Shown here: positions 40,504 to 50,899 of the stretch, piece after piece
How the letters are laid out: each line of letters begins with the position of its first letter
How positions within the stretch are numbered: the stretch's first letter is position 1
NCBI GenBank assembly: GCA_041496385.1
Contig: JBGQEL010000004.1
Span: forward strand, 1-64,000
Direction: 5' to 3'
DNA from: Candidatus Methylomirabilia bacterium
GTDB taxonomy: Bacteria; Methylomirabilota; Methylomirabilia; Rokubacteriales; CSP1-6
Length of the DNA: 64,000 bases
Translations under genes and position numbers: made by a program
The notes under the pieces: model-generated
Told to the model about the DNA's origin: nothing
Databases searched by the model: none
Seen by the model: the letters and a program-made list of their open reading frames with translations, nothing else

Positions 40504-41373
40504 CTACTCGCGGTCCAGGTCTCGATGCACGACGCTCGGCGCGTAGCCGAGCTCGTCGAGGAAGCGCTTGAGCTCGTCGACCAGCGTCACGGAGCGGTGG
40601 CGGCCGCCGGTGCAGCCGATCGCCACGGTGAGGTAGGCCTTGCCCTCGCGCTCGTAACACGGCAGCAGGAACGTGAGAAACTCCTTGAAGTGTCCGAGGA
40701 GCGCCTGCGACGCCGTGTCCTTCATGACGTACTCGCGCACGCGCGGGTCGCGCCCGTCGAGCGGGCGCAACGCCGGCACGAAGTGCGGGTTCGGCAGGAA
40801 CCGGACGTCGAACACGAGGTCGGCGTCGATGGGCAGACCGTGCTTGAAGCCGAACGAGACCAGCGAGGTGGCGAGCCCGAGGCGCGCCTTGGGCGCCACG
40901 TAGAGCTCGACCAGGAGCTCCTTGAGCTGATGGACGGTCAGCGCCGACGTGTCCACGATCCGGTCGGCGATCTCGCGCATGTTCGACAGCGCCTTCCGTT
41001 CCGCGCGGATGCCCTCCAGGACGTTCCCGTCGGCCGCGAGCGGGTGCCGGCGGCGGGTCTCGCGGTAGCGCCGGACGAGCGCCTCCTCGCCGGCCTCGAA
41101 GAAGAGCACCTCGACCGCGTGGCCGCGCGCCCGGAGCTCGGGGATGGCCTCGATGAGGTGCGAGAGGTACTGCCCCTCGCGGACGTCCACGCCGAGGGCG
41201 ACGCGCCGGATCGTCTGTCCCGAGCGCGCGATCAGGTCGGCGAAGGTCGGGATGAGGGTCGTCGGCAGGTTGTCGACACAGAAGAAGCCCATGTCCTCGA
41301 AGGACTTGATCGCGTAGCTCTTGCCCGCGCCGCTCAGCCCCGTGATGATGACGAACGAGAGGCGCTCGTCCAT
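40504..41373 (-). CDS. rapZ: RNase adapter RapZ (UPF0042)
   Basis: GLSGAGKS, DNLP, DVRFLPNP and GCTGGRHRS motifs. Confidence 0.95.
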   Translation of the reverse strand: MDERLSFVIITGLSGAGKSYAIKSFEDMGFFCVDNLPTTLIPTFADLIARSGQTIRRVALGVDVREGQYLSHLIEAIPELRARGHAVEVLFFEAGEEALVRRYRETRRRHPLAADGNVLEGIRAERKALSNMREIADRIVDTSALTVHQLKELLVELYVAPKARLGLATSLVSFGFKHGLPIDADLVFDVRFLPNPHFVPALRPLDGRDPRVREYVMKDTASQALLGHFKEFLTFLLPCYEREGKAYLTVAIGCTGGRHRSVTLVDELKRFLDELGYAPSVVHRDLDRE

Positions 41374-42830
41374 CACCGCTTGCGCGGCGCCAGCCGGCGC
41401 TGGTGCGAGGGCAGGATGCCGAGCTCCTCACGGTACTTCGCGACGGTGCGGCGAGCGATCGTGAGGGCGCGCCCCTTGAGGATGGCGGCCACCTCCTGGT
41501 CGGAGAGCGGCTTGGCCGCGTCCTCGTTCGCGAGGAGATCCTGGATCATCTTCTTGACCGAGACGGAGGAGACCATCTCGCCGTCGCCGGACGCGATGCC
41601 GCTGTGGAAGAAATATTTCAGCTCGAGGAGTCCCTGGGGAGTCTCGACGTACTTGTTCGTCGTCACCCGGCTGATCGTGGACTCGTGCATGCTGACGTCC
41701 TCGCCGACATCGCGGAGCGAGAGCGGCCGCAGGTACGCGAGCCCCTTGTCGAGGAACTCGCGCTGGAACTTGACGATGGACGTGGTCACCTTGCGGAGCG
41801 TGCGCTGCCGCTGGTCCACCGACTTGATCAGCCAGAGTGCCGACCGCAGCTTCTGGTCGACGTACTGCCGGGCGCCCTCGTCCTGTGAGTTGCGGAGCGA
41901 GCGGTACAGCGAGCTCACGCGCAGCCGCGGGATCCCGTCCTCGTTGAGGACGACCGTGTATTCCCCGCTGATCTTGTAGACGAAGACGTCGGGCACGATG
42001 TAGCGGGCGTCGGACCCGCCAAAGCTGCGTCCCGGCTTCGGCTCGAGCCCCATGATCTCCTCGATGGACTCCATGACCCGATCCAGGGGCTGCTTGAGCG
42101 CGCGCGCGATGTCGGGGTAGCGCCGCCGCGAGAGGTCGTCGAAGTGGTGCTCGATGATCTCCTCGGAGAGCGGGTCCACCGGGGGATTGGCGCGGAGCTG
42201 GAGGAGCAGGCACTCCTGGATCCCACGCGCGCCGACGCCGACCGGCTCGAATCGCTGGATCACCTGGGTCAGGACGCGCTCGGCCTCCTCGGGCGTCGTC
42301 TGGCAGCGCTGCGCGATCTCGGCGATCTCGGCGCGGAGGTACCCGTCCTCGTCGATGTTGCCGATGATCTCCTCGCCGATCCGGCGATCGCGCGGATCCT
42401 CGATCGCCAATCGGAGCTGTTCGTCCAGGTGGTCGGACAGCGAGGAGGTGGAGCGGAGCATGTTCTCGAACGGAAGATCCTCGCGCTCCTCCTGCGCCAC
42501 CAGCGACCGCTCCTCGCGGCTGTCGAACATCACCTCGAACGGATCGTACGGCAGGTCGTCCGTCTTGCCCTCCGTCGTCGGCGGCGGCTCCGGCGCCGCG
42601 ACCTGCTCGACGGTCGGGGCCGGGGGCTCGGAGGGTGTCGTCGGCGCCTCGGGCGCCTCGCTGTTGTCGGTCGGGACCTCCTCGAGCAGCGGGTTCTCGA
42701 GCAGCTCCTTCTGCACGACCTCCTGGAGCTCCAGCGTGGAGAGCTGCAGGAGCTGGATGGCCTGCTGGAGCAGCGGCGTCATGACGACCCGCTGGCTTTG
42801 CTTCAGGGACAGGCGCGCTTCCATCGCCAT
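41373..42830 (-). CDS. rpoN: RNA polymerase sigma-54 factor
   Basis: LQQAIQLLQL region I, HESTISR HTH, ARRTVAKYRE RpoN box. Confidence 0.97.
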   Translation of the reverse strand: MAMEARLSLKQSQRVVMTPLLQQAIQLLQLSTLELQEVVQKELLENPLLEEVPTDNSEAPEAPTTPSEPPAPTVEQVAAPEPPPTTEGKTDDLPYDPFEVMFDSREERSLVAQEEREDLPFENMLRSTSSLSDHLDEQLRLAIEDPRDRRIGEEIIGNIDEDGYLRAEIAEIAQRCQTTPEEAERVLTQVIQRFEPVGVGARGIQECLLLQLRANPPVDPLSEEIIEHHFDDLSRRRYPDIARALKQPLDRVMESIEEIMGLEPKPGRSFGGSDARYIVPDVFVYKISGEYTVVLNEDGIPRLRVSSLYRSLRNSQDEGARQYVDQKLRSALWLIKSVDQRQRTLRKVTTSIVKFQREFLDKGLAYLRPLSLRDVGEDVSMHESTISRVTTNKYVETPQGLLELKYFFHSGIASGDGEMVSSVSVKKMIQDLLANEDAAKPLSDQEVAAILKGRALTIARRTVAKYREELGILPSHQRRLAPRKR

Positions 42831-42850
42831 GGCGTGGCTCCCCGCCGGGC

Positions 42851-43573
42851 CTAGAGCGCGAACCGGTCGCCGAGGTAGATCTCGCGCGCGACCGGGTTGT
42901 TGGCGATCTCCGTGGCGGTGCCCGACACGAGGATCTTGCCGTCGTACAGGATGTAGGCGCGATCGGTGATCGCGAGCGTCTCGCGCACGTTGTGGTCGGT
43001 GATCAGGATGCCGATGCCGCGCTCCCGCAGCCGGCTGACGATCTGCTGGATGTCGGCGATCGCGATCGGGTCGATGCCGGTGAACGGCTCGTCCAGCAGC
43101 AGGTACTGGGGTGACGTCACGAGCGCGCGGGTGATCTCGAGGCGCCGGCGCTCGCCCCCCGAGAGCGTGTAGGCGGGGTAGGGCGCCAGCGACGACAGGT
43201 CGAGCTCCGCGAGGAGCTGCCGGGCGCGGACCCGACGCTCACCGCCGGAGAGGTCGAGCGTCTCGAGAATGGCGAGAAGGTTCTCCTCGACCGTGAGCTT
43301 GCGGAACACCGACGACTCCTGCGGCAAATACCCTACCCCCATCCGGCAGCGCTGGTACATCGGCAGTCGCGTGATCTCGTCACCCTCCAGAAAGATGCGC
43401 CCACCCTCCGTGGGCAGAAGCCCGACCATCATGTAGAACGACGTCGTCTTCCCGGCGCCGTTGGGGCCGAGGAGGCCGACGACCTCGCCGCGCTGGATGT
43501 CGAGCGACACGTTGTCGACGACCTTGCGGCTCTTGAACCACTTGACGAGCCCCTGGGCGACCAGCCCCTCCAT
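42851..43573 (-). CDS. lptB: LPS export ABC ATPase
   Basis: GPNGAGKT, YLPQE, LSGGERRR and TDHNVRETL motifs. Confidence 0.96.
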   Translation of the reverse strand: MEGLVAQGLVKWFKSRKVVDNVSLDIQRGEVVGLLGPNGAGKTTSFYMMVGLLPTEGGRIFLEGDEITRLPMYQRCRMGVGYLPQESSVFRKLTVEENLLAILETLDLSGGERRVRARQLLAELDLSSLAPYPAYTLSGGERRRLEITRALVTSPQYLLLDEPFTGIDPIAIADIQQIVSRLRERGIGILITDHNVRETLAITDRAYILYDGKILVSGTATEIANNPVAREIYLGDRFAL

Positions 43574-43590
43574 CGCTCAGTCCCGTCCGC

Positions 43591-44178
43591 TCAGTTCCGG
43601 CACGGCTCGCCCGCCTTCCGCGGCTGCGCGTCCTTCTGCCCGTCCTTCTTGCCGTCCTCGCGCGGGTAGAAGATCCCCTTGACGCGGCCGCCCTCGACGA
43701 CCGAGCGGTCCTGCGAGAGGTAGATCGTGATCTTGTCGCCGCTCACCACGTTGTCGTCCTGCCAGACCCGGGCGTTGCCGATGAGCACGATGCGCTGCTC
43801 CAGGTCGTAGTACTCGGCGCGCTTCGCCGTCCCGGTGTTGCAGTCGCGCGTGATGATCCGGACGCTCCCCGTCGAGATCGCGCGCAGCACGCGATCGCCC
43901 TTCTCGTCGAAGTAGACCTCCGTCCGGTCGGCGTACTGGACCGAGTTGTTCTGGCGGGCGACGACGTTGCCGGTGAAGATGACGAGGTTCTCCTTGCCGA
44001 AGCGCTCCATCCGGTCGGCGTCGACGGTCAGCGGCTGGCTCCGGTCGTCCCGCTCCTTGGCCTTGGCCGCGCCGGGCGCCGGGGCGGGCGCGGTCTGCGC
44101 GTGGAGCCGCGCGGCGCCCGTCGAGAGACACAGGACGCCCGCCGCGAGACCCGCCGCGAGACCGGCGACCCGCCTCAT
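43591..44178 (-). CDS. lptA: LPS transport periplasmic protein LptA/OstA
   Basis: Signal peptide; ADRME...FTGNVVARQ...LIGNARVWQ..N.VSGDKI beta-jellyroll; synteny. Confidence 0.85.
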   Translation of the reverse strand: MRRVAGLAAGLAAGVLCLSTGAARLHAQTAPAPAPGAAKAKERDDRSQPLTVDADRMERFGKENLVIFTGNVVARQNNSVQYADRTEVYFDEKGDRVLRAISTGSVRIITRDCNTGTAKRAEYYDLEQRIVLIGNARVWQDDNVVSGDKITIYLSQDRSVVEGGRVKGIFYPREDGKKDGQKDAQPRKAGEPCRN

Positions 44179-44756
44179 CGACCCGGGGCTTTCGCGAACA
44201 CCGCATGCACTCGTCCCGCCATCGTCGTCGTCTCCTCCGCCATCCGGACGTCGAGCGCCGTTCCGTCCGCGACCGCACCGTCGCGCGACATGCGCACCGG
44301 CGCGTCCGTCCACAGCCGCTTCTCGGCGCCCTGCCAGCGGAGCACGCTTGTCTCCAGCCTGAGGCCGTCGCTCGAAGTCAGGACCACGTTGCGCCGGATC
44401 TCGACGTTGCTCGTCCGCTGGAAGAGGTCACCCTCGTCGCCCACGATCGTCCAGGTGCGGTCGCGCTCGAAGACGTTGACCGAGATGCGCTTGAGGGCGG
44501 TGCGCCCCTCCTCGTCGAACACCAGCGCCTGCTCGGCCTTGAGCCGCCATCGGACGCCCCCCGACTCCTCCTCGAGCTCCACTTCCTTGATCCGGAGGTC
44601 GGCGCTCACCGTTGCCGGCCCGGCGGGCTCCAGGCGTGTCGCGCGACTCCTGACGGTGAGGGTGACCGCCACCACCACGATGAAGAGCACGACCACGGCC
44701 AGGATCGCCCTGGCGATCCGCCGGGTGTCTCGAATTCCGGATTTGCCTGATTTCAC
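44175..44756 (-). CDS. lptC: LPS export periplasmic protein LptC
   Basis: Single TM then W.L.A..A, NVVL, LETSVLRW and TDAPV; synteny. Confidence 0.82.
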   Translation of the reverse strand: MKSGKSGIRDTRRIARAILAVVVLFIVVVAVTLTVRSRATRLEPAGPATVSADLRIKEVELEEESGGVRWRLKAEQALVFDEEGRTALKRISVNVFERDRTWTIVGDEGDLFQRTSNVEIRRNVVLTSSDGLRLETSVLRWQGAEKRLWTDAPVRMSRDGAVADGTALDVRMAEETTTMAGRVHAVFAKAPGR

Positions 44757-44795
44757 CGATGGCTCACAATCTTCTCGGTCGGGACGCGCTCTCTT

Positions 44796-44811
44796 TGCAA
44801 TTTCGATACCA
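44796..44811 (-). promoter_or_regulatory. sigma54 -24/-12 motif upstream of lptC-lptA-lptB-rpoN
   Basis: TGGTAT-CGAAA-TTGCA gives GG-N10-GC, matching the TGGCAC-N5-TTGCW consensus. Confidence 0.65.
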
Positions 44812-44854
44812 CACTACCACACAGAGGAGGAAGGGGGAAAGCGAAAACCGGGCG

Positions 44855-45826
44855 TCAGACGATCTTGGCCCTCAGGATGTCGTGTAGGTGGATCAGGCCG
44901 ACGGGCCGACGATCCTGATCGACGATCACCAGGCTCGTGATCTGCCAGGTTTCCATGACCTCCAGCGCCTTCGCGGCGAGGTCGTCGCCGCCGATGAGCT
45001 TGGGGTCGCGCGTCGCGGCCTCGCCGGCCGTGAGGGTGTGGAGCGAGACGTCCCGCACGTGGAGCCGGCGGAGATCGCCGTCGGTGACGACACCGGCGAG
45101 CCTTCCGTCGGCGTCGACCACGATCGTCATCCCCTTGCGCTTGGTCGTCATCTCCGCGATCGCCTCCGTCAGCGGCGTCCGCGCCCCGACGATGGGCAGC
45201 GCGTCCCCGGTGAGCATGAGGTCGGCGACGCGCACGAGGGCTCGCCAGCCGAGGGCCCCTCGCGGATGGAGCGCCGCGTAGTCTTCCGGGCGAAGGCCGC
45301 GTAGCTCGAGCAGGACCATCGCCAGCGCATCACCCGCGGCCAGCGCGGCGGTGGTGCTCGAGGTCGGCGCGAGATTCATCGGACACGCTTCCTCTGCGAC
45401 GCTCACGTCGAGCACGACGTCGCACTGGCGGGCGAGCGTGGAGCCGGGGCTTCCGGTCAGCAGGACGATCGCGACACCGAGCCGCTTGAGGGGCGGCAGG
45501 ATCGCGAGGACCTCGTCGGTCTCGCCCGAGTTGGAGAGTGCCAGAACGACGTCGCCCCGCGCCACCATGCCCAGATCCCCGTGGACGCCCTCGGCGGGGT
45601 GCAGGAAATACGCCGGGGTCCCCGTGGAGGCGAGGGTCGAGGCGACCTTGCGCCCGATCAGTCCCGACTTCCCCATGCCGGTCACGATCACGCGACCGGT
45701 GCAGCCGTGGAGCAGCTCGACCGCCCGGTCGAAGCGGTCGTCGAGCTTCGCGAGAAGGCCGAGGATCGCCTCGGCCTCGAGGCGCAACACGCGCTCTGCG
45801 AGCCGCCGCAGGTCCGGCGTCATCAT
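44855..45826 (-). CDS. kdsD: Arabinose-5-phosphate isomerase (KpsF/GutQ)
   Basis: GMGKSG, HGDLG, APTSST, HP.G.LG, C-terminal CBS pair. Confidence 0.94.
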   Translation of the reverse strand: MMTPDLRRLAERVLRLEAEAILGLLAKLDDRFDRAVELLHGCTGRVIVTGMGKSGLIGRKVASTLASTGTPAYFLHPAEGVHGDLGMVARGDVVLALSNSGETDEVLAILPPLKRLGVAIVLLTGSPGSTLARQCDVVLDVSVAEEACPMNLAPTSSTTAALAAGDALAMVLLELRGLRPEDYAALHPRGALGWRALVRVADLMLTGDALPIVGARTPLTEAIAEMTTKRKGMTIVVDADGRLAGVVTDGDLRRLHVRDVSLHTLTAGEAATRDPKLIGGDDLAAKALEVMETWQITSLVIVDQDRRPVGLIHLHDILRAKIV

Positions 45827-46668
45827 GGGCGCAGCGCCGCGGCGATGGCGCGGAGCTCACGGAGGAGGTGCGGCAGATCGTCGATGCGAAGCATGTTGGG
45901 CCCGTCGGACAGCGGCCGGCCGTCCGGCAGGGTGCGGTCCGGGTCCTCGTGCATCTCCATGAACAGCGCGTCCACGCCGACCGCGACGGCCGCGCGCGCG
46001 AGGGCGGGAACGTACCGCCGTTCCCCGCCCGACCGGTCGCCGGCGCCCCCCGGGAGCTGCACCGAGTGGGTCGCGTCGAACACCACCGGGAACCCGAGCT
46101 CACGCATGTCGGCCAGCCCGCGCATGTCCACGACGAGGTTATGGTAACCGAAGGAGGTCCCCCGCTCCGTGAGGAGGACCCGGCGGTTCCCGGCCGACAC
46201 GATCTTGTCCACGACGTTCCGCATGTCGTGCGGAGCCAGGAACTGGCCCTTCTTCACGTTGACGGGCTTTCCCGTCCGCGCAGCGGCGACGATCAGGTCG
46301 GTCTGCCGGCACAGGAACGCGGGGATCTGGAGCACGTCGAGGACCGCCGCGGCCGGCTCCACCTCCGAGACCTGGTGGACGTCCGACAGCACGGGGATCC
46401 CGAGCGTCTCGCGCACCTTTCGGAGGATCCGTAGCCCCTCGACGAGACCGGGCCCCCGGTAGCCGTTGATCGAGGATCGGTTGGCCTTGTCGTAGGACGA
46501 TTTGTAGATGAAGGGCACCCGCTGCTCGGCGGCGATCGTCGCCAGGCGCTCGGCCGTCATGAGCGCGTGCTTCTCGCTCTCGATGGCGCACGGCCCGCCG
46601 ATCAGGACCAGCGGCCGGCCGCCCCCGATGGGGATCGTGTCGACCTGGACCTCGGCGGTCGGCGTCAT
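45823..46668 (-). CDS. kdsA: KDO 8-phosphate synthase
   Basis: [22 protein letters not shown] and DATHSVQ motifs. Confidence 0.96.
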   Translation of the reverse strand: MTPTAEVQVDTIPIGGGRPLVLIGGPCAIESEKHALMTAERLATIAAEQRVPFIYKSSYDKANRSSINGYRGPGLVEGLRILRKVRETLGIPVLSDVHQVSEVEPAAAVLDVLQIPAFLCRQTDLIVAAARTGKPVNVKKGQFLAPHDMRNVVDKIVSAGNRRVLLTERGTSFGYHNLVVDMRGLADMRELGFPVVFDATHSVQLPGGAGDRSGGERRYVPALARAAVAVGVDALFMEMHEDPDRTLPDGRPLSDGPNMLRIDDLPHLLRELRAIAAALRP

Positions 46669-46685
46669 GTCATTTCACCGCTCGC

Positions 46686-46705
46686 CTCGGCCGTCGAACG
46701 GCCTC
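46686..46705. repeat. REP-like 20-bp element, third copy of the core of the guaA-dnaE repeat
   Basis: CTCGGCCGTCGAACGGCCTC is identical to 21491-21510 and 21551-21570; internal hairpin GGCCGT-CGA-ACGGCC. Confidence 0.7.
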
Positions 46706-48308
46706 AGCACGCACGGCCATACTCCAGGGCGGCCCGCACGAAGCCTGCGAAGAGCGGGTGCGGGTCCCACGGACGCGAGCGGAACTCCGGATGGAATTGC
46801 GCGGCGACGAAATACGGGTGCTCCGGGATCTCCACGATCTCGACGAGCTGTTTCTCCGCCCAGATGCCCGAGATCCGAAGCCCGTGCTTCTCGAGCTTCG
46901 CGAGGTAGTCGTTGTTGACCTCGTAGCGATGCCGGTGGCGCTCCTGGATGATGCCCTGGCCGTAGAGCCGCGAGGCGAGGCTCCCCTCGCCCAGCACGAC
47001 CGGGTAGAGGCCGAGCCGCATCGTGCCGCCCTTGTCGGCGACCTCGCGCTGCTCGGGCAGGAGGTCGATGACCCGGTGCGCCGCGTCCGGCTCGAACTCG
47101 GTCGAGTTCGCGCCGCTGAGGCCGCACACGTGGCGCGCGAACTCGATCACCGCGCACTGCATGCCGAGGCAGATCCCGAAGTACGGGACGCGCTGCTCGC
47201 GCGCGTGGCGGACGGCCTGGATCTTCCCCTCGATCCCGCGGTCGCCGAAACCGCCCGGCACGAGGATGCCGTGAACGTCGGCGAAGTGACGGGCGGCGCC
47301 CTCGCGCTCGACCTGCTCGGCATCGACCCAGCGGACGTCGACGCGCGCCTCGTTCGCGATGCCGCCGTGCGCGAGCGCCTCGACGAGGCTCTTGTAGGAG
47401 TCCTTGATCTCGACATACTTCCCGACCACCGCGATCCGCGTCTCGGCACGCGGCGATTTCACGCGCTTCACGACGGCCTCCCAGCGCGAGAGGTCCCCCG
47501 GCCGGGACTCGAGGCCCAGGAGCTTGCCGATCATGTCGTCGAGACCTTCCTTGTGGAAGACGAGGGGCACCTCGTAGACGGTCTCGACGTCCTTGGCGGT
47601 GATGACCGCCTCCTCCTCCACGTCGCAGAAGAGCGCGATCTTCGACTTGATGCCGGGCGGGAGGTAGCGGTCGGTGCGACAGAGCAGGATGTCGGGCTGG
47701 ATCCCGATCGCGCGCAGCTCCTTCACGGAGTGCTGGGTGGCCTTCGTCTTGAGCTCCGCCGCCGCCTGCATGAAGGGCACGAGCGTCAGGTGCACGTAGA
47801 TGACGTTCTCCTTCCCGACGTCCTTCTTGAACTGGCGGATCGCCTCGAGGAACGGCAGCCCCTCGATGTCACCGACCGTGCCGCCGACCTCGACGATCAC
47901 GACGTCGGCGCCCCGCGCGATGCGCCGGATCGAGGCCTTGATCTCGTCGGTGATGTGGGGGATGACCTGGACGGTGCGTCCGAGGTAGTCCCCGCGCCGC
48001 TCCTTCTGGATGACCGAGAAGTAGACCTTTCCGGTCGTCACGTTGTGGTCACGGGTCACCCGCACCGACGTGAACCGCTCGTAGTGACCGAGGTCGAGGT
48101 CGGTCTCGCCGCCGTCGTCGGTGACGAAGACCTCCCCGTGCTGGTAGGGGCTCATCGTCCCCGCGTCCACGTTGATGTAGGGGTCCATCTTCTGGAGCGT
48201 GACGCTGAATCCCCGCGCCTCCAGGAGTGCGCCGATCGAGGCGGCCGCGAGCCCCTTGCCCAGGGACGACACCACGCCGCCGGTCACGAAGATGTATTTC
48301 GGGGCCAA
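46704..48308 (-). CDS. pyrG: CTP synthase
   Basis: [24 protein letters not shown] and QFHPE motifs. Confidence 0.97.
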   Translation of the reverse strand: MAPKYIFVTGGVVSSLGKGLAAASIGALLEARGFSVTLQKMDPYINVDAGTMSPYQHGEVFVTDDGGETDLDLGHYERFTSVRVTRDHNVTTGKVYFSVIQKERRGDYLGRTVQVIPHITDEIKASIRRIARGADVVIVEVGGTVGDIEGLPFLEAIRQFKKDVGKENVIYVHLTLVPFMQAAAELKTKATQHSVKELRAIGIQPDILLCRTDRYLPPGIKSKIALFCDVEEEAVITAKDVETVYEVPLVFHKEGLDDMIGKLLGLESRPGDLSRWEAVVKRVKSPRAETRIAVVGKYVEIKDSYKSLVEALAHGGIANEARVDVRWVDAEQVEREGAARHFADVHGILVPGGFGDRGIEGKIQAVRHAREQRVPYFGICLGMQCAVIEFARHVCGLSGANSTEFEPDAAHRVIDLLPEQREVADKGGTMRLGLYPVVLGEGSLASRLYGQGIIQERHRHRYEVNNDYLAKLEKHGLRISGIWAEKQLVEIVEIPEHPYFVAAQFHPEFRSRPWDPHPLFAGFVRAALEYGRAC

Positions 48309-48309
48309 C

Positions 48310-49950
48310 TCATCCTCCCTTCGTCATCGAGTGTCGGACGTGCTCCGTCTCCATCGTGCGGTCCTTCAGGCGACCGTCCAGGCGGCCGTCGCGCAGCTCC
48401 GCGAGCACGCGGGCCACCGCGGGCCCCCGCGGAACCCCGAGCGCCACGACGTCGTCCCCGGTGAGGGACACGGCGGACCGGCCGAGGCCCAGGTACCAGT
48501 CGAGCGTCCCGCGCGTGCGCGCGTCGCCCAGGAGCCGGAGCCAGGCGAGCCCCAGCGGCGCGCGCCCCCTGAGCTCCCGCGCACGCGCGCTCGGCGCCGC
48601 GGCCGCGGCGAGGCGCCGCGCCCCCGCGTCGTCGTCGAGGCTCTTCGCGAGACGGGCGAGCGGCTCCCCCGTGAACGCGAGCCGGGCCAGCGCGGCGTGC
48701 GCCACCTCGCGCGTCTGATCGCCGACGAGCACGAGCGCGGCGAGCTCCACAGGCGAGACGTCCAGTCCCCGAGCGGCCGCCCACGCGAGGGCGGCGGGCA
48801 GCGCCCGGCACCGCCGCCGCGTCGGCGTGGTGAATCGGTACCGCGGATCGAGCAGCCGGAACACCCCGGAGGCGCCGAGCATCGCGAGCGCCGCCTCGCC
48901 ACGCGCCTCGGCCAGGATCAGCGCCAGCTCGTTGACGATGCGCTGCCCCGAGAGGGCCGGATAGGGCGCCAGGCTGAGCGCGAGACGCGCCGCCGCCCGC
49001 GTTCCGCGATCGGGCCGCAGGCCGAGCCGCGCCGCGTAGCGTGCCGCCCGGAACAGGCGCGTGGGATCCTCGACGTAGGACAGGGGATGGAGCACGCGCA
49101 GGCGCCGCGCGGCGAGATCCTCGCGGCCGCCGAGAGGATCGAGGAGACCCCAGGAGCCCGACGCGAGCTCGATCGCCATCGCGTTCATGCCGAAATCGCG
49201 CCGCCGCAGGTCCTCGTCGATCGAGGCGGGCAGCACCCGGGGCAGCGCGCCCCGTGTCTCGTAGCGCTCGGCGCGTGCCGTCGCGACGTCGATCCTGACG
49301 CCGTCCCGTGTCTCCACCGACGCGGTGAGGAATCGCTCGTGCTCCCGCAGCGCGCCGCCGAGCTCCCGCGCGAGCCGCCGCGCGATGCCGGGGCCGTCAC
49401 CCTCGAGGACCACGTCGACATCGCGGCCGGCGACGGGTGCCCCGCGCCACACGTCGCGCACCAGTCCCCCGACCAGGTAGGCCCGCGCGTCGTGCTCGCC
49501 CGCCAGTCGTCCGATCGTCGCGCAGAGCGCCTGCGTGTCCGCCGGGAGCCCGCGCGCGACCCGCGCCGCCGCGGAAACCGCGCCCTCGCGCCCGGGACGC
49601 GGCCCGGCGATGGCGCCGAGCGCCCGTCCGCGCGCGCGCACCACGACGAGCGGAGCGCCGGCCGCGAGGAGCCGCCGCGCCGCGACCTCGCCCGCGTCCG
49701 CCTCGATCGCAGGCAGCGGGCGCGCCACCGACGACGCGGGGAGATCACCGAGGTCCAGCAGGCTCGCGCGCGCGAGATCCTCGCGCAGCACGTACCGGGG
49801 ACCCGCGGCGAGCGCGACCGCGTCGCGCTTCCGCAGCAGCGCGAGCGCCGCCCGCACGCCGATCGACGGCGGCGCCGTCACCATGCCCAGGTCCACGACG
49901 TCCGCGGCGGCAACCTGAACTTGGGGATAGGCCTGGGCGCGCTTGGCCAT
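48310..49950 (-). CDS. tRNA nucleotidyltransferase (class II; probably A-adding type) with degenerate CBS region
   Basis: [20 protein letters not shown]...GALP.V, DLRRRDF.MNAM and EDPTRLFRA motifs. Confidence 0.85.
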   Translation of the reverse strand: MAKRAQAYPQVQVAAADVVDLGMVTAPPSIGVRAALALLRKRDAVALAAGPRYVLREDLARASLLDLGDLPASSVARPLPAIEADAGEVAARRLLAAGAPLVVVRARGRALGAIAGPRPGREGAVSAAARVARGLPADTQALCATIGRLAGEHDARAYLVGGLVRDVWRGAPVAGRDVDVVLEGDGPGIARRLARELGGALREHERFLTASVETRDGVRIDVATARAERYETRGALPRVLPASIDEDLRRRDFGMNAMAIELASGSWGLLDPLGGREDLAARRLRVLHPLSYVEDPTRLFRAARYAARLGLRPDRGTRAAARLALSLAPYPALSGQRIVNELALILAEARGEAALAMLGASGVFRLLDPRYRFTTPTRRRCRALPAALAWAAARGLDVSPVELAALVLVGDQTREVAHAALARLAFTGEPLARLAKSLDDDAGARRLAAAAAPSARARELRGRAPLGLAWLRLLGDARTRGTLDWYLGLGRSAVSLTGDDVVALGVPRGPAVARVLAELRDGRLDGRLKDRTMETEHVRHSMTKGG

Positions 49951-49952
49951 GC

Positions 49953-50837
49953 TCACGCCCTCGGGTGGAAGCGCCGATACATCCGCGTCAGCGCGGACGA
50001 CGGCAGGTGCGTGTAGATCTGCGTGGTGGCGATGTCGGCGTGTCCCAGCATCGCCTGAATGGATCTCAGGTCGGCGCCGCCCTCGAGCAGGTGGCTCGCG
50101 AACGAATGGCGCAGCACGTGGGGCGACACGCGTGCGCGCACCCCGGCGCGCGCGGCGGCGTGGCGGACGATCAGCCAGAGGGATTGGCGGGACAGCGGCC
50201 CACCGCGCGGGTTGACGAAGACCCGGCCCGAGTCGCGCCGGCGCGTGTGAAGAGGGCGCACCTCCTTGAGGTAGCGCGTCACCCACTTCGTCGCCTCCGC
50301 GCCGACCGGCACGAGCCGTTGCTTGCGCCCCTTGCCGGTGCAGACGACATAGCCGGCGGTGAGGTTGACGTCGTCCAGTGTCAGATCGAGGCATTCGGAG
50401 GCGCGCATGCCCGTCGCGTACAGCAGCTCCAGCATGGTCCGGTCGCGGACGCCCCGAGGCCGGCTCACGTCGGGCGCCTCGACGAGCGCCGTCGCGACGT
50501 CGCGCGACAGCGTGCGCGGGAGCGGCCGGCCGCGGCGCGGCACTTCGAGGTGTTCGGTCGGGTCACGGGTGAGCTCGCCCTCGCGCAGGAGATGCCGATA
50601 GAAGCCACGGAGCGCGGAGATCCGCCGCGCCACACTCGACGGCCGAAGGCCCCGCTTCCGCAGGCGCTCGAGGTAGTCCACGATGTCGTCCGGGCCGGTC
50701 TGGGGCAGGGCGCGCCGCTGGTCGTGCAGGAAGTCGGTGAAGTCGTGGAGATCGCGGCGGTACGCGGCGAGAGTATTCCGGGATGCCCCCTGCTCCGTCT
50801 GCAGGGCCCCGAGATACTCAACCACCGCATTGGTCAT
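49953..50837 (-). CDS. xerD: Site-specific tyrosine recombinase XerD
   Basis: NTLAAYRRDL, LYATGMR, GKG.KQR, SPHVLRHSFASHLL and LGHADIATTQIY motifs. Confidence 0.92.
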   Translation of the reverse strand: MTNAVVEYLGALQTEQGASRNTLAAYRRDLHDFTDFLHDQRRALPQTGPDDIVDYLERLRKRGLRPSSVARRISALRGFYRHLLREGELTRDPTEHLEVPRRGRPLPRTLSRDVATALVEAPDVSRPRGVRDRTMLELLYATGMRASECLDLTLDDVNLTAGYVVCTGKGRKQRLVPVGAEATKWVTRYLKEVRPLHTRRRDSGRVFVNPRGGPLSRQSLWLIVRHAAARAGVRARVSPHVLRHSFASHLLEGGADLRSIQAMLGHADIATTQIYTHLPSSALTRMYRRFHPRA

Positions 50838-50899
50838 AGAGTGACCACGTCGGATCTTATCACGCCGCCGCGAAATCGAGAAACTCGCACCGCCGCGGC

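Noticed and set aside
49953..50837. Tyrosine recombinase as a phage or island integrase
   Set aside because: XerD length and motifs, housekeeping context, no att sites or cargo.
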